From NCBI RefSeq assembly GCF_006345805.1, contig NC_042999.1, positions 122,326,001 through 122,390,000 of the forward strand: a stretch of DNA of 64,000 bases, given 5' to 3'. Numbering within the stretch: the first letter of the stretch is position 1; every line of letters starts with the position of its first letter. This document shows positions 51,126-64,000 of the stretch, in pieces. Position numbers and translations under genes: made by a program. The notes beneath the pieces are model-generated. The model did no database searches. It saw only the letters and a program-made list of their open reading frames with translations, and had not been told where the DNA came from. The stretch comes from Octopus sinensis (lineage: Eukaryota).

Positions 51126-51331
51126 ATGTTACATTTGACTCACTCTATTCCACAGCTTACATTAATCAGCTCAAACAGCATTTAAAAATCATTATTACCT
51201 GTTAGAAAAAACTTACCAAAGAATATAAGGCTGTTAGATATTATTTTTAGACGTTTCCAATATGCTACAGCCTTTTCTATTTCACTCTCTGTCTCCCCTC
51301 AATCACATGCACATATACTCTGTCACCCCTC

Positions 51332-51372
<41 letters not shown>

Positions 51373-52224
51373 TTTCTCTTCATGTTGAGAATCAGCTATG
51401 CTTATGTGTGCATTCAAAACTATTAGAAAAAATATACAAACAAAAGAACTGTATTATTCAGTCATGTGACAATCACAATTTCTGAAAAACAAAATTAGAA
51501 AGAAAGAATGAAACAGGAAAATCAATAACAGCAGCCACATTTGCTTAAAACACTGATTTAGTAATAGCAGTATATTCTACCCCTTGATATTCTGACAATT
51601 GAAAAGTCCATTTTTCTTAACATTACTACAAGAAGAGAAAAATGCTGGTAGGAATTTGCCTGTGTTTACACCAGTTTACTAGGGATTGGGATAATACTAA
51701 ATTGCCATCATAAGCAAAAGCATTCGCTCCTATGATAAAAAAGGCTATCAAAATTTAAACCAAATCACTTTTGTAATTGCAATGTTCTTCTTTAATGGAA
51801 AATAACATAAAAATGAAAGAACACACCAAAGCACTGAGTGAGAATCAATAAAACTGAAGTTAAAAGCAAAACATTTAAAATAGGTTAAATTAAAATATAT
51901 CTATTAAACTAAACCAACATAAGGAAAATGGGTCCATTATGTGTGGCAGCCAGTAATAAAATATATATATGTGTATAGATGACTTTAACCCTTTAAGAAT
52001 TTGTGTCATTAACAAGTGATTTAGTGGAATGAAGTAAAGTCATAGAAGTTGTCAATAAACTAATTTGATTATCATACAATTATTTAAAAATTCAATATTA
52101 GAATATTATTAATTTTGGCTTTTTCTTTGTAAACAGAGTGATATGCTTGAAAATTAATTAATATATGTAAAGGGTTAAGCTTGTTATTAGTTAAAGCAAA
52201 TGGACACTTAGCAACTGTATATTC

Positions 52225-52439
52225 TTTTACTTGTTTCAGTTATTTGACTGTGGCCATGCTAGAGCACCACCTTTACTTGAACAAATCAACCTCAGCCAAG
52301 TACTTATTCTATCAATCTCTTTTGCCAAACTGCTAAGTAATGGGTACATAAACACACCAACATCAGTTGTCAAGTGATGGCATGGGAACAAACACAGACA
52401 CACAAATACATACATACTTACATACACACGTACATATAC

Positions 52440-52520
<81 letters not shown>

Positions 52521-52650
52521 TTTCTGTCTACCAAATCCACTGACAAGGCCTTTGGTTGGCCCAAGACTATAGAAGAAGACACTTGCCCAAGGTGCCATGC
52601 ACCGAGACTGAACCCAGAACCATGTGGTTGAGAAGCAAGCTTCTTTATTT
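52225..52650 (-). mobile_element. SINE family A, 5' end truncated by the 52651-53075 island
   Basis: Standard family A body with internal (TA)n. The head stops at TAAAGAAGCTTGC. Confidence 0.8.
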
Positions 52651-53075
52651 CTTCGAATTGACCATGAAGGCCGAACACAGATAAAGGTAGCTGTGGGCTG
52701 GACAGAGACATTAATGTGGATGAAAATGACAAGGATTTAAAAAAGGAGGTGGTGCACTGGCGCCCATCGACTGATAACCCCTCGAAATCACTGTTCAATT
52801 TAAATCAATATAAATCAAAATTATAATCACAAAAATTACAATTACAAATTACAAAAGTACATTTTTCATTATTCTTCGTCTTCCTCATCCAGGCCCCCGA
52901 GTAAATTTCCTGCCACCTGCAGGAAAGCCTGCATTGGCAGGCCCGGAATGAGGAAAACAAAATCCTCTTTATTACAGATCTTCCTGACCTCAATCAGTTC
53001 CTTCTGATTTATGACCTCCTCAGTCAACTGCGGAGGCCAACTTGGACAGTCTATACAGACCGAGTCTTATCTAGA
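52651..53075 (-). other. Unclassified GC-richer insertion with a 65-codon stop-free frame (53066-52869) and strong hairpins
   Basis: Frame DSVCIDCPSWPPQLTEEVINQKELIEVRKICNKEDFVFLIPGLPMQAFLQVAGNLLGGLDEEDEE ends TAA-TGA, followed by a U-rich tract and AATAAA at the 3' junction. CpGs are retained. Confidence 0.4.
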
Positions 53076-54309
53076 ATTTTAAAGATAAAGTTGATTTAGT
53101 ATTGTACTTTCTTACTATCTTCTTGTACTTTCAAATTCATTAGTTGTAGAATAGTCTGTCATAGGCCACCCAGTTCTTTGCTTTCGTACTTCATATCAGT
53201 TCTATTAAAATATCTTTTTCCAGCAACTATTCTATTGAATCAGTCCTGAGATCTTCAATATCTTGAGTGTGATGATGTGTAATGTCATATCTGAAAGAGT
53301 ATTATGAACTCAATAACCCTCATTGCATATTCAAGATATTGCCAAGGATTCTTTTTGAATCCTTTGTAATATCTTGTGAGTATTTGTTGAAAATAACTGA
53401 ATTAGATTTACTTAAAACTTCATTATCGTTGATTCCATGAAATCTGCATGACTTTGCAGAAATGCTTAATTTGTATAATAAATATAGTGGCAACATAATC
53501 AACTATCTCTTCTACTCTTTCTTCCTCTTTCATTTTCTTTCTCTTTCTACAAAAGAAAGAGTAGCGAAAAAAGAAATGGAAATTTACTGAGCAGGCATAA
53601 TGTTGATTTACTAAAACAAGATTTTAGTATCCATTAGTTTGAATAACTTCTATGTGAAGCTTATGGACTTTTTATACACTGTCTAACTTCAAAATAATAG
53701 CTATCACTCCCACTTCAGTTGAACAGCAAAATTAAATTCTCTAAGCAAGTTATAGCAAACTTAGTCTTCTATATCTTGAATCAGAGGACTAGTGGTAAAG
53801 TTTAGAAAGACAAATGAGTGTAGTACAAGTAAATTTCACTGAGCAAAACAAGAATAAAATGTGGTCTGTTATATTATTATGTGAAAGAGAAATAGCGAAA
53901 ATTTCAGGTAAATTCCTTTCTAAGAAAACAAAAAAATAAAAAAAAAACATTCCTTAGTAAGACAGATGCATGGCATTCAGAGATACAAGAATTATATATC
54001 TATGAATGCTGTGTGTGTATATATCTGTATCCATCCATCCATTTGTCCTTTAATTGCAGTCATGCTGGGAATCATCTTAGAGGGATTTAGCTAAATGTAT
54101 TAATGCAGTACTTAAACCACTACACATACATACATACTTACAAACTTACACACATACACACACACGCATGCATGCACAGACAGACAGACAGACTGATTGA
54201 TTGATTGATTTTGTATGTATATTACTATTCAGTTTTATTTCAGAATTTTATGTCAATAGAGACAGAGCTGGTTTCTAGCCTAGATCCTAGGCTTCTTCAT
54301 TTGAATTTC

Positions 54310-54740
54310 AAGCTAGAGGTTTTGAAGTAGATGTTCATAGTTATTCTCTTTCTCTTAAATTTTTCATAGAGGTTTCTATATCAACAGGACAGCTGACCTC
54401 TATGACAGCACACCCTTTCACTTTTCCTTGTCTGTTTCAAACAGCAATATCTGGCCAGTTATGTTTACATTTGACAGATGTTCTCTATATTTATTCAAGG
54501 ACAGCATTTGTTTTTTTTTCCGAATGGCATTGTATATTGTTTTTGCAACAATGTTGTGTTGCATCGGGAAGTGGTACCTTAATGACGTTTTGGGGCATGT
54601 GCTAATCACATGTGTGATTCTTCCATAGAAATATGACATAGGCTACACTTTTGGTTGGAGCTTGAAGTTCCAAGGACTTCACTGTCTCTTTTGTTTATTA
54701 GGTATTTTGTAGCAATCTCCTGTTCTTGTATGTTAAACGG
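54310..54740 (-). mobile_element. RLE-type (R4/Dong/NeSL-like) LINE 3' fragment, decayed
   Basis: IQEQEIATKYL, KCSLC, ITHVISTCPK..MQHNIVAKTIYNAI (zinc knuckle + RHD-like) and IEVSCPVD. Confidence 0.7.
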
Positions 54741-54869
54741 ATAACCTTTGTATGTATGTACCTATGTACATAGATATGTCGGTAGTACATGTGTATGTAC
54801 ATACATATGTATGTGCATACATATATACATACTGGTATTACATACTGCAAAACATATAATTTTAGGAAT

Positions 54870-55095
54870 TGCACTATGTGTATTTATGTGTGTGTCTTTG
54901 TGTTTGTACCCCCACCCCCATCACTTCACAACCAATGTTGGTGTATTTATTTCCCCATAACGTAGCAGTTTGGCAAAAAAAAAAAAACAGAATAAGTACT
55001 AGGTTTACAAAGAATAAGTCCTGTGATCGATTTGTTAGACTAAAACCCCTTAAGGTGATGCTCCAGCATGGCCATTGTCAAATGACTGAAACAAG
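54870..55095 (+). mobile_element. SINE family A 3' portion
   Basis: ACAACCAATGTTGGTGTATTT...AAGGTGATGCTCCAGCATGGCC...TGACTGAAACAAGT. Confidence 0.75.
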
Positions 55096-57859
55096 TACAA
55101 CAATAAAAGGATAAAAACATTTAAAATTTCCATTTGCTAAGTTTCATCATTTTAGAATTTCCAACCTGTCCAACTTTTGCTAACTATTGCTGACTTTCTA
55201 CACTTCAAATGTAATAATATTAATCATTTTAACCTCAGTCATCTTTTTCTCTTGAGGGAAATGCAGACTTCTTATAAATATATAACTTCCTCTCGAGATC
55301 ACAACAACATAACAACACAAATAAATTAATGCATTAACTTTCAAAAGAAATTATCAAAGATAAATATCTTACAAATCCAATTTACTAGCAGAATAGTGTT
55401 ATAATATGTAAAGTCTTTGAGAAGATAGGCGTCTGATACAGCTGATTAATGATGTGTGAAATTTTACAATAGAAGGTTTATTATACAAATGTGAACTAGT
55501 GTAATAGATCAATGAAACCATCAAATTACTTCTGTGCCAGTTGTGTATTGTGAAATGAGTCAATGCTTGGTTTGTTGACATAGGTTGTTTCAATACTGTC
55601 AACAGCAGGAAATAAAACAAATAAAAAAAGATAATCAGAAATGTACTTGCTTTCTATTATTTTAGAATTTCACCTTTGAAGTGATCTGTGATAAAGTCCA
55701 TTACGCTTTTTGAACATAGCTAAACAATATTTTTCCTGTACAAATCCTGTACAAATATAGAAAGAATTATCAAATTTGAATCCTCCATACATCTGGTGAG
55801 AGGTACTAGACTTTCAATAGCTATAATCTTTATTTTCCACATGTTAAAAGCTTTTATCAGTGAACACATAATTTTTAAAATAGATTTTGAAAAGTATTTA
55901 AAATATGTATAAACATAAACTGAGCAATTTCAAGTGTAAATGTATTATGGGAAAATGTTTTCTGCTAGTCTTTGGTCATCAAAAGCCTATAAGTAAAATT
56001 TAGTAGACAGAGACTGTGGGGAAGACTTGGAAAAAATAATTTTTTTTGATAGATTTAATCTACCACTTGGTTTAACATAGCTATCATGCCTTGGTGGCAT
56101 GCTTTTAGTAAAGTTATACCTGTTGTAAACTTTTGGGCCAGTTCACATTTGGGCCAGCATGAGGATAACTTCCTCCTTTCAGTCTCAGAGTCCCTTGAAA
56201 GTGTCTTCAATATTGCACTTTCTCTTTGTATAAGTCATGTGAAAGAACTGAGTTACCATAGGGTCTTTTGTATGCAGATTACGTCTCGTTGTATAATTAA
56301 GTTAGGAGATTCAATAAACTATTGAAATGCTGAAATGTTTAAAAAAAAGGCTTGAGTGACTGTCATTAAAAGTGGGGATTAGTTAGTTTATTGGTTTTAC
56401 AACACCAGTCAGTTGGTTCCTAACAGTAATTTGTATCTGAAATGAATTAAATACACTGAGCTTTATTTAGGTAGTGTTAATTAAACAATTTAATTAATTA
56501 GTACTGACCACTGACTTAGTTGAAGTTTGTATTGGAAAAATTTGAGCAAATTAAACCTTCTTCATTTGAAGGTGGTATATTTACATACAACAAATAAACA
56601 GTATGTTAGCCACTGTAATGTACATATTGAGCATACTAATAGGAAGAAATACATTGTGAGCTGTTACATATGCATTATGTGGATCTAAAAGACATAGTGC
56701 TGTATGAACAGCCAGGTATTAAGAATATGAATGTGTATGTGTGTGTGTGAAAGAGAAAGTGGACTTGAAATAATTTAGACATATGTGGGGAAGGAATGAT
56801 CAAGTGTTGTAAGTCATTAGTTTGGGGGTTATTATAGCTTAAAGTGGCCAGAAAGACCAAGTGAAATAGTTGGAAACGGTGAAAATTATAGATACTGGAA
56901 ATAAATAACACTTGTAGACATAACTAAGTTATTTTCACAAAGAAGATATTTACTTTTAGTGTTACTGTCTGATCATCTCAACTGGTAATTAAATCATTTG
57001 GCACACAGTTGCTTCAATACCAAATTTTACAAATTTATGCTGGTTTTTACTGTTATAACTATTTTGCCTTATTATTTTCTCATAGTTAAGAATTTGATGC
57101 TCAATTATCACATCAAAGAGAGAAGTAGGTCACGTTTCAAATATTCTTCTTGAAGTGCTTTGCTTCTTGTGGGTTGCTTGTGACATTCATATTTTGATTT
57201 TATTAGATACAATCTGTAAATATCTAATTTCACTGATTCTATAAAAGTTTCATAAAAACTAACAAATACAATATTTTCCTCGCAGTTTATGTATTTATGC
57301 ATTGCAATATTTTCCTCCATTAGAATTATTTATGATTTTTAAACTGCTATACTTTATAAAATGTTGATCATCTAATTGTGCTCAAATGCAATAAACAAGT
57401 TTAATTTGCACAGACTGTTTTTCATGAATTATGCATACATGGTCTTACAAGGATTCTTATTGGAGGAAATTGAGTATCCAATTCAATTAAAATATGGGAA
57501 TTCCAGTTTATATTCAATTTTACTTTTGAACTATTGAATCTTTCCTGAAATGTAAAATAAAACCATAATATAACAAAATTTATATGTATGCTCCCCAGGT
57601 TTCTCAAATTTAATTTACTAAAATTGTGCAATTTTGAAACAAACAGAACTAATATGTTTAACTTAGATATTTGAATCCAACTTTGTATCAAAAATAGGCA
57701 ATAGTTATGCCCTTCAATTATAATTAAATCCTCGAGATTTTGTCAAAAATTTCAGAGTGACTTTCAATTTTGCCGAAGTGATGATAAAATTCAACAGAAA
57801 GTAGAGATATTTGTTTAACCCCCAAAATAGTGTTTTTTAAGGTGTTCTTATACTTTTCT

Positions 57860-58065
57860 ACTCTAGGCACAAGGCCTGAAATTTTGGGGGAAGGGTCCAG
57901 TCGATTAGATCGACTTCAGTACGCAACTGGTATTTAATTTATTGACCCTGAAAGGATGAAAGGCAAAGTTGACATCAGCAGAATTTAAACTCAGAACATA
58001 AAGACTGACGAAATACTGCTAAGCATTTCACCTGGTGTGCTAAAAATTCTGCAGCTGCTACCTTA
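57860..58065 (-). mobile_element. SINE family B
   Basis: GACCCTGAAAGGATGAAAGGCAAAGTTGAC...GAATTTAAACTCAGAAC...AAGCATTTCACC. Confidence 0.8.
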
Positions 58066-60935
58066 AAGTGTTCTTATACTAAAACAGCTTCGGGATAGGT
58101 TTATCTTTTCTTCATATAAAGTAGAAATTGTGTGTGAAAAACATTTCTTCATTGTTTTTCTTTTCAATCAGATGGCTCAGTGCTTTATGTTATTTATATA
58201 TTCAATAGTGTATATTTCATATTTTTCTATCTCTGTAAGGCAGCATATTTCTGCATGTTGTGCTTCATCAGTGTAAAGCAAAAGTATAATAGATAATGAA
58301 TTAATTATGGTACATTGAAGTAATTGTCTTCATTTTAAAACAGAGAAAGAACGATAAAATAAAAGAGAGAGAAAAAACATACATGCAATCTTAAGTATCA
58401 GGTAATGAGCAATAAGGTATAGTTTTATAGATATAATGGGAAAGAGAAACAGAAAGAACACGAGGGGAATAGTTTTTGATGTACTCAACTCATTTTTCCT
58501 TTCATCTGCAGGGGCCAGAGGATTCAGCAATATTCTTCACACTGTTTTCATTAATGAACTGACTGACACTTTTGATATATTTCAAAAGTTATAAAATGAC
58601 TCAGTCCCAGTTGTATAAGAAAATATTTCAATTTAGAAAAATTGTAGATTTTTTTTTTCTTTTTCTTCACTTTTAATAGTTAAAATATATTAAGCATTAC
58701 ATACATACGTATGTACATACATACGTATGTACATACATACATACATACACACATACATACATACAATCATATACACATACATAGATACATACATATTGTT
58801 GGTTTCACTAGAATATTATTAGGTTTTCATTAAAACTAAAAAAGTTAATTAGGATTGTTTTAAATCTTTTACTTTTATTCCATTTGGATCATTGAATAAA
58901 CTAATCATAAGTATGGACAACACTACATCTATTAATATGATAAGTTTATCTAATATTTCATAGGTGACAAACAAGATCTAAACAAGTTAATACATAAATT
59001 GCAAATGAATTGTTAACATTATTCTTAGAGGGCAACTTAGCTTACAATTCTTATAGTAATCACAAATTAAATTAACTAGCTTAAAAGTAACATTTTATCT
59101 GCAAAATATAGTTTAAAAAAATGAAAGAATAAACTTTATATTTTGTAATTTGACATTGAAATATCATTTAAATATTAAGTGTTTTCTGATTTCAGGAAGT
59201 TTTTAGTTAATACATGCAGAATAATATAAAATACAATTATATATCATAGCGAAATAATCTGATGTGATAAGCTGATCTCTAATGCTCTATTAATTCTTTC
59301 TCATCAATAAAGTATTCATCTTTGTCAGATAAAACACTCTAGAATTCTTTGCTTTTCAAATATCTTGGAGTGTTACAACAATGAACATTCAAATAGGGAT
59401 GGTTGTCATTTTACTATTCTCCTCACAATTTTGCTGCAGAGTCTTGAATAATTTTTGTTGATGGTATTGATTTTAGAGCCTCCTTCTTTCTCACTTTATT
59501 AGTTTTTTGTTTTAATCTTTTACTCTTATGGTAGCATTTTTTAATGGTTTGACATCAAGGAATATTGAATAGAAAATTTATTGATTATTTTTTTTTGTGC
59601 ATATGATTTTATTCCAAATCAAATTTTTTTCTTCTTCAAGAACTTAATTACTAAAGCCCAGTTACTTGACATTTGGCACTTCATAACTGTTAGCATTTTT
59701 GTCCCTTTAACAGATTAAAGACCAAATTCAATCCCTTACAAAATATTTTAATGAGACCATCCCATATATTTAATTCTAAATAGCTTTAATGCACCTTGAA
59801 ATCATTGGTTCAATCAACAAAACCAATATTTTTCAGTGTCTTCATATTCTCTTTTTTTCTGTTAAAATATCCATTTCTCAGAAAATATTTTTGATTTCTG
59901 CTTTTTGGCTCACTTTTGCTTTAAGAAACATTCAGTTTGTGCAACCTGTCTAATTGTGTTTAAATTGAAACCTTGCTTTGCTAAATTAAATATATTCAAC
60001 TAAAAACAAAAAAAATGTTTCAAAAAATGAATATCACTAATTCAGTTCTTCAATTTCCTTTGTATGTAGCAGTGATTTATCAAAGAGTACAACTACCATT
60101 ATGTCTTATGAAATGTTGCTAGTTCAGGAAATTTCATATTCCTATGAAAATAAATTAGAAATATAAAAGTACACTAATTCTATCGTTTTGTTTTAAATAA
60201 TTTGCCATTGAACTGAATCTTTTATTCATAGCAAAGAGAATAGAATATGAAGGATTCACATATAATGAAAGAAACCCATGTTTAGAGTATCTGGCTGCAT
60301 TGTTTCACCATTGTTTTCGAGATGAAGGTATTAGCTTTCTACTTAGTGATTACTTGGTTACAGTAATACCTTCTTTTCATTTGGGCTTTATCACTTTGAA
60401 AGGCAGTTAATGATTTGAAAATAACTATTATATAAAGATTCTGATCTGGCTTACATAATTTGTAGTTTCTTTACTATCTGATAAAGATACCTATTTTATG
60501 TATTTAATGATGAAAGCTTTACACCTATTTCCATGCTTATTTTCATCATTCATATAAAAATATACATTATTTTTATTGTGAAATGTACTGTATTTTTTTT
60601 TCTTATTGCTATTAGATCCTATATGGTTGGCATAGTTGTTAGAGCATCAGACAAAATGACTTGTAGCATTTTTTCCTATCTCTTAACATTCCGATTTCAA
60701 GTCTTACTGAGGTCAAAATTACCTTTCATCCTTTCAGGGTCAGTAAAATATAAATTATAAATTAATGACTTGTAGGGACATGGTATTTTGTTATGCAACC
60801 ATGATATACTATAAAGTATATTAAACATGTTTATAAGTCAATACCATGTTCTACTGTGTTAGCAGTGCTTTTACATCACTTGTTAAGGTTATCTCTACAG
60901 ATATTCTTTTTGTTAATGACATTTTGGATCTGAGA

Positions 60936-61182
60936 TGTCAGATGTAAGCAGACAATGAGATCAAAAGGAAAAAAAGCTAATGGCTGTATATGCCATACTT
61001 CGGGAGTTTTTTGCCTCTTCATCAGCACCCATCTAACCCCTTAATCACCCACGAACACAGTGTTTTGTGAATGATTAAGGGGTTGGATGGGTGCTAATGA
61101 AGGAGCAAAACCTCCCAAACATTGACATATACATCCATTCCTTTTTTTCATCTTTGATCTCATTGTTTGTTTACATCTGACA
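60936..61182. repeat. 247-bp near-perfect fold-back with hammerhead-like cores in both arms
   Basis: TGTCAGATGTAA...CCCCTTAATCA and TGATTAAGGGG...TTACATCTGACA are diverged reverse complements. The arms carry CTGATGA-AGAGG..CTCC-CGAA (minus) and CTAATGA-AGGAG..CTCC-CAAAC (plus). Confidence 0.85.
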
Positions 61183-61789
61183 ACTAGTAAAATAATGTAC
61201 CAGTCAGGTATTGAACAGATGTTATCGACCCATCCCCACTCCTCAAATTTCTGACCTTGTATCTAAATTAGAAGCAATTATTATTTCCTTCTGTCTATAT
61301 GTTTAGGAAATGTGTGTGCAGAGGGGCTGCATCTGTGGTTAAATTGCAATACCAAAGATTGCCAATTTTTTCCAAATTTTAGTCAAATAACATTATTAGT
61401 GTTCTCTATGATAACCAATACAATAACCAGACATGGCTCGCAATTTCCAGATTACAATGTACATTTTCCAAATAGAAACTTCCAAATGTAAGGTCAAGTG
61501 GTGAACCAGTGATATTAGACTATTTAAGGAGTTTAGTTGCAATTTCAGGAAATAACAGATATACCATTCTTTAATATAAGACAATGATATAATTAGAGTA
61601 TGTTTTTATAGCATTTATTAATAACATATCAATGTTTTCATTGATAATAACATTAGTAATATATTTCTCATATCATAATTGGTATAAATAAAAGTGCTAT
61701 GAATACTGAAGTTTGTTTACAAATGTGTGCATCACATATGCAGACATAAATAAAATAAATTTTTCCTCACATGTTTCTATTCTCTAAAT

Positions 61790-61824
<35 letters not shown>

Positions 61825-62544
61825 TATCCCTTTTGATATTAATATCTATATACTTAAGAAATTATTCACCTTCATTAAATAGTAAACATTTATTTCATTA
61901 TTACAAATCATGCACCCGAAAGATGTATTATTTGCCACCCTAGAATTAGATACAAGATAATTATTGTCATAAAACACTGACACCCCTGGTATAATATTCA
62001 ACTTTTCACCTTGAAGTTTATGGATAATCAGTGTTATTATTCATACCTCAAAGCAGTCAATTTAGTAATAACAAAATAGTTAATAACTACTTAAACTTAG
62101 ATTGCTGAGTGCATTATATAATAGTAATAACTAAATGTTGTTATTATTATTATTATTATTATTAGCATTATTATCATCATCATTGTGTTGTTGTTATTGT
62201 TTAATAGATTTCATTATATAACTTTTACGTTCATTATTTATCTTACAGAATTATAAAAAAATCATTATTTTACTCAGTTTGATCAAAATACCTCCCAAGA
62301 TAAAGATTTTTTCATTCATTTATGTTGTATTTATTCAAGTTAATTTAGCTTCCATACCAACCAAACCTCTGTGCATAAATATTTTCTTTTTAATTTATGA
62401 TGCCACAGAAGATAATTGAAAAAAAAAATTAATGGAAGCTATCACTTGAAAATTCTGACAGGCTTTTCTTTTCCTGTATTTTGTCAAAAGATAAGCCCTG
62501 ATTTGTAGCTAGAATTGTTGGAGTAACTCAATTCATCACCTTTT

Positions 62545-62900
62545 TCATCATCATTATCATCTAACATCTGGTTTCCATGCTAGCACGGGTTGGATGCTTT
62601 GACATAGAGCTGTCTGTATTCCAACTGTCTGTTGTGGCATGGATTCTATTGTTTGATACCCTTCCTAACACCAACCACTGAACAGAGTTCTGGGTGCTTT
62701 TTACATGTCACTATTACGAGTGATTTTGCAGCAGTGGCACAGGTGCATCAATGCAGCAGCAGCAGCATGAGTACTTTTTAAGTGGCACTGGCACCTGAAA
62801 TGACAAACCTCTATGTGTGGAAGACAGCGATTTTATTTAGCATGACATGACTTATCAAGTCCAGCAAATCTCCACATCACCCAGTCCCTTGTTGTTTCCT
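62545..62900 (-). mobile_element. RTE-type LINE 3' tail fragment
   Basis: (CAT)n-TTTCCATGCTAGCACGGGTTGGA...CCCTTCCTAACACCAACCACT. Confidence 0.7.
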
Positions 62901-64000
62901 CAGTGAAGTGTCAATCAAATGCTTTAAAAGTGTTATCAAAGACTTCACTCTAATATCTTAATGTTTCACTTAATTCTGGCTGGTTTTCACACTTTGAACT
63001 ATATTTTTACAATTGTCGTACCATCATATTTTTCAAACATCAGGCAATATAATCTGAGGCTCAAAGCATACACTTTAGGTAATATTTGCCCCTTAAATTC
63101 AACAATTTATGCTACTCTCTAAAAGTTTCCATTGTATCTCTTCAAATCTATATTGAACATTTTATTATAGAAGTATGCTGCATACATTTTCAGTTATTCC
63201 TTGGCAAATACATTTTAAATGCTACTATACAAATAAGAGAAAATAATTTCAGATAATTTCACTAATATAGAACAAAAAAAAATGATTTTCAATATTGAAG
63301 CGCAACCAGACAGCAAGTAGCAGATGCAAGCAGTGACCTATAATTTGAATATTTGAGTATTTTATGCTTTCTAAATGAGATATTTTGTAAAAATTTATGA
63401 AATGTCTAAGGATCAATATTTCTCTGTAAATAATCTAATTCTTTGAAGCACCAGCTAGAATCATTTCAATGAAAAGCCCATGCAACATATCAATGATAAA
63501 AACTTTGAATAGTGAGGTTTTTACTAATTTTCACTACTAAGTTTTATTACTAAGATTATTTTCAATATAGTGGCACAACGTCTATATTTATTCCACTTTT
63601 TTCCCCTTATGGCAATGCCTTTTAGTATTTTATTCAAATGCAGCATTAAGTTGTTTTCAGAAATATAAATTTTAGTAATAATTTTTTAAAGAATCTTCTG
63701 ACTTTAAATGCCATACTAGCTTATATTGGATATTCATTCATCAGCTGTCTCCTAAGCTTCAGTTTAGTTTTTCTATATATTCATAAATATCTATGGCTTA
63801 CTAGACTTTACAGGTCATTAAGTATCATTATTGGTGTAGTTCTGGTAAATTTATTTTACAAATAATTATATTTATAAGTAAATATAATATTTTCATGAAA
63901 AAAAAAGAATATTTCTATCACTAAACTTTCTTTACTAAACTATACTCCATACTAAAATTGGCTTCTTTATTGGCTCAGTGTTATGTGGCTAGCATAATAT

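Noticed and set aside
51190-51240. Minus-strand donor/acceptor cluster (GTAAGT...CTAACAG|GTAATA)
   Set aside because: The 18-nt spacing is too short for an intron, there is no supporting exon, and it is on the opposite strand to the 40003 candidate.
58235-58275. CTGATGA-AGCA..TGC-AGAAA on the minus strand
   Set aside because: No helix I complementarity and no NUH triplet; chance match.

Overview
AT-rich animal genomic DNA dominated by microsatellites and transposable elements. The (TA)n/(CA)n load and the SINE and RTE-tail families resemble an octopus (coleoid cephalopod) genome; this is inference. No host protein-coding gene could be identified, so the window reads as intronic or intergenic, with one 100-N gap at 20446-20545. 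Most ORFs in the supplied track are microsatellite artefacts. Recognisable elements: a full-length but disabled DD34D mariner (3443-4734), two further mariner remnants, a Tc1/mariner-derived MITE, a piggyBac MITE, LINE fragments (CR1-group, RTE, R4/Dong-type), a Ty1/copia RT-RNase H remnant, a Helentron-like element and several SINE families. The most notable signal is a set of Penelope-type minimal type I hammerhead ribozyme motifs in four unrelated sequence contexts. One has an intact core (16762-16804, minus strand) at the end of a 2.5 kb G/U-rich tandem-repeat element embedded in (TA)n. One sits in the 3' part of a tRNA-headed SINE-like family (four copies or arms). One is isolated at 43338-43382. 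One is in the arms of a fold-back at 60936-61182. Several long fold-back palindromes accompany them. TE family assignments come from motif recognition by eye and were not database-checked.
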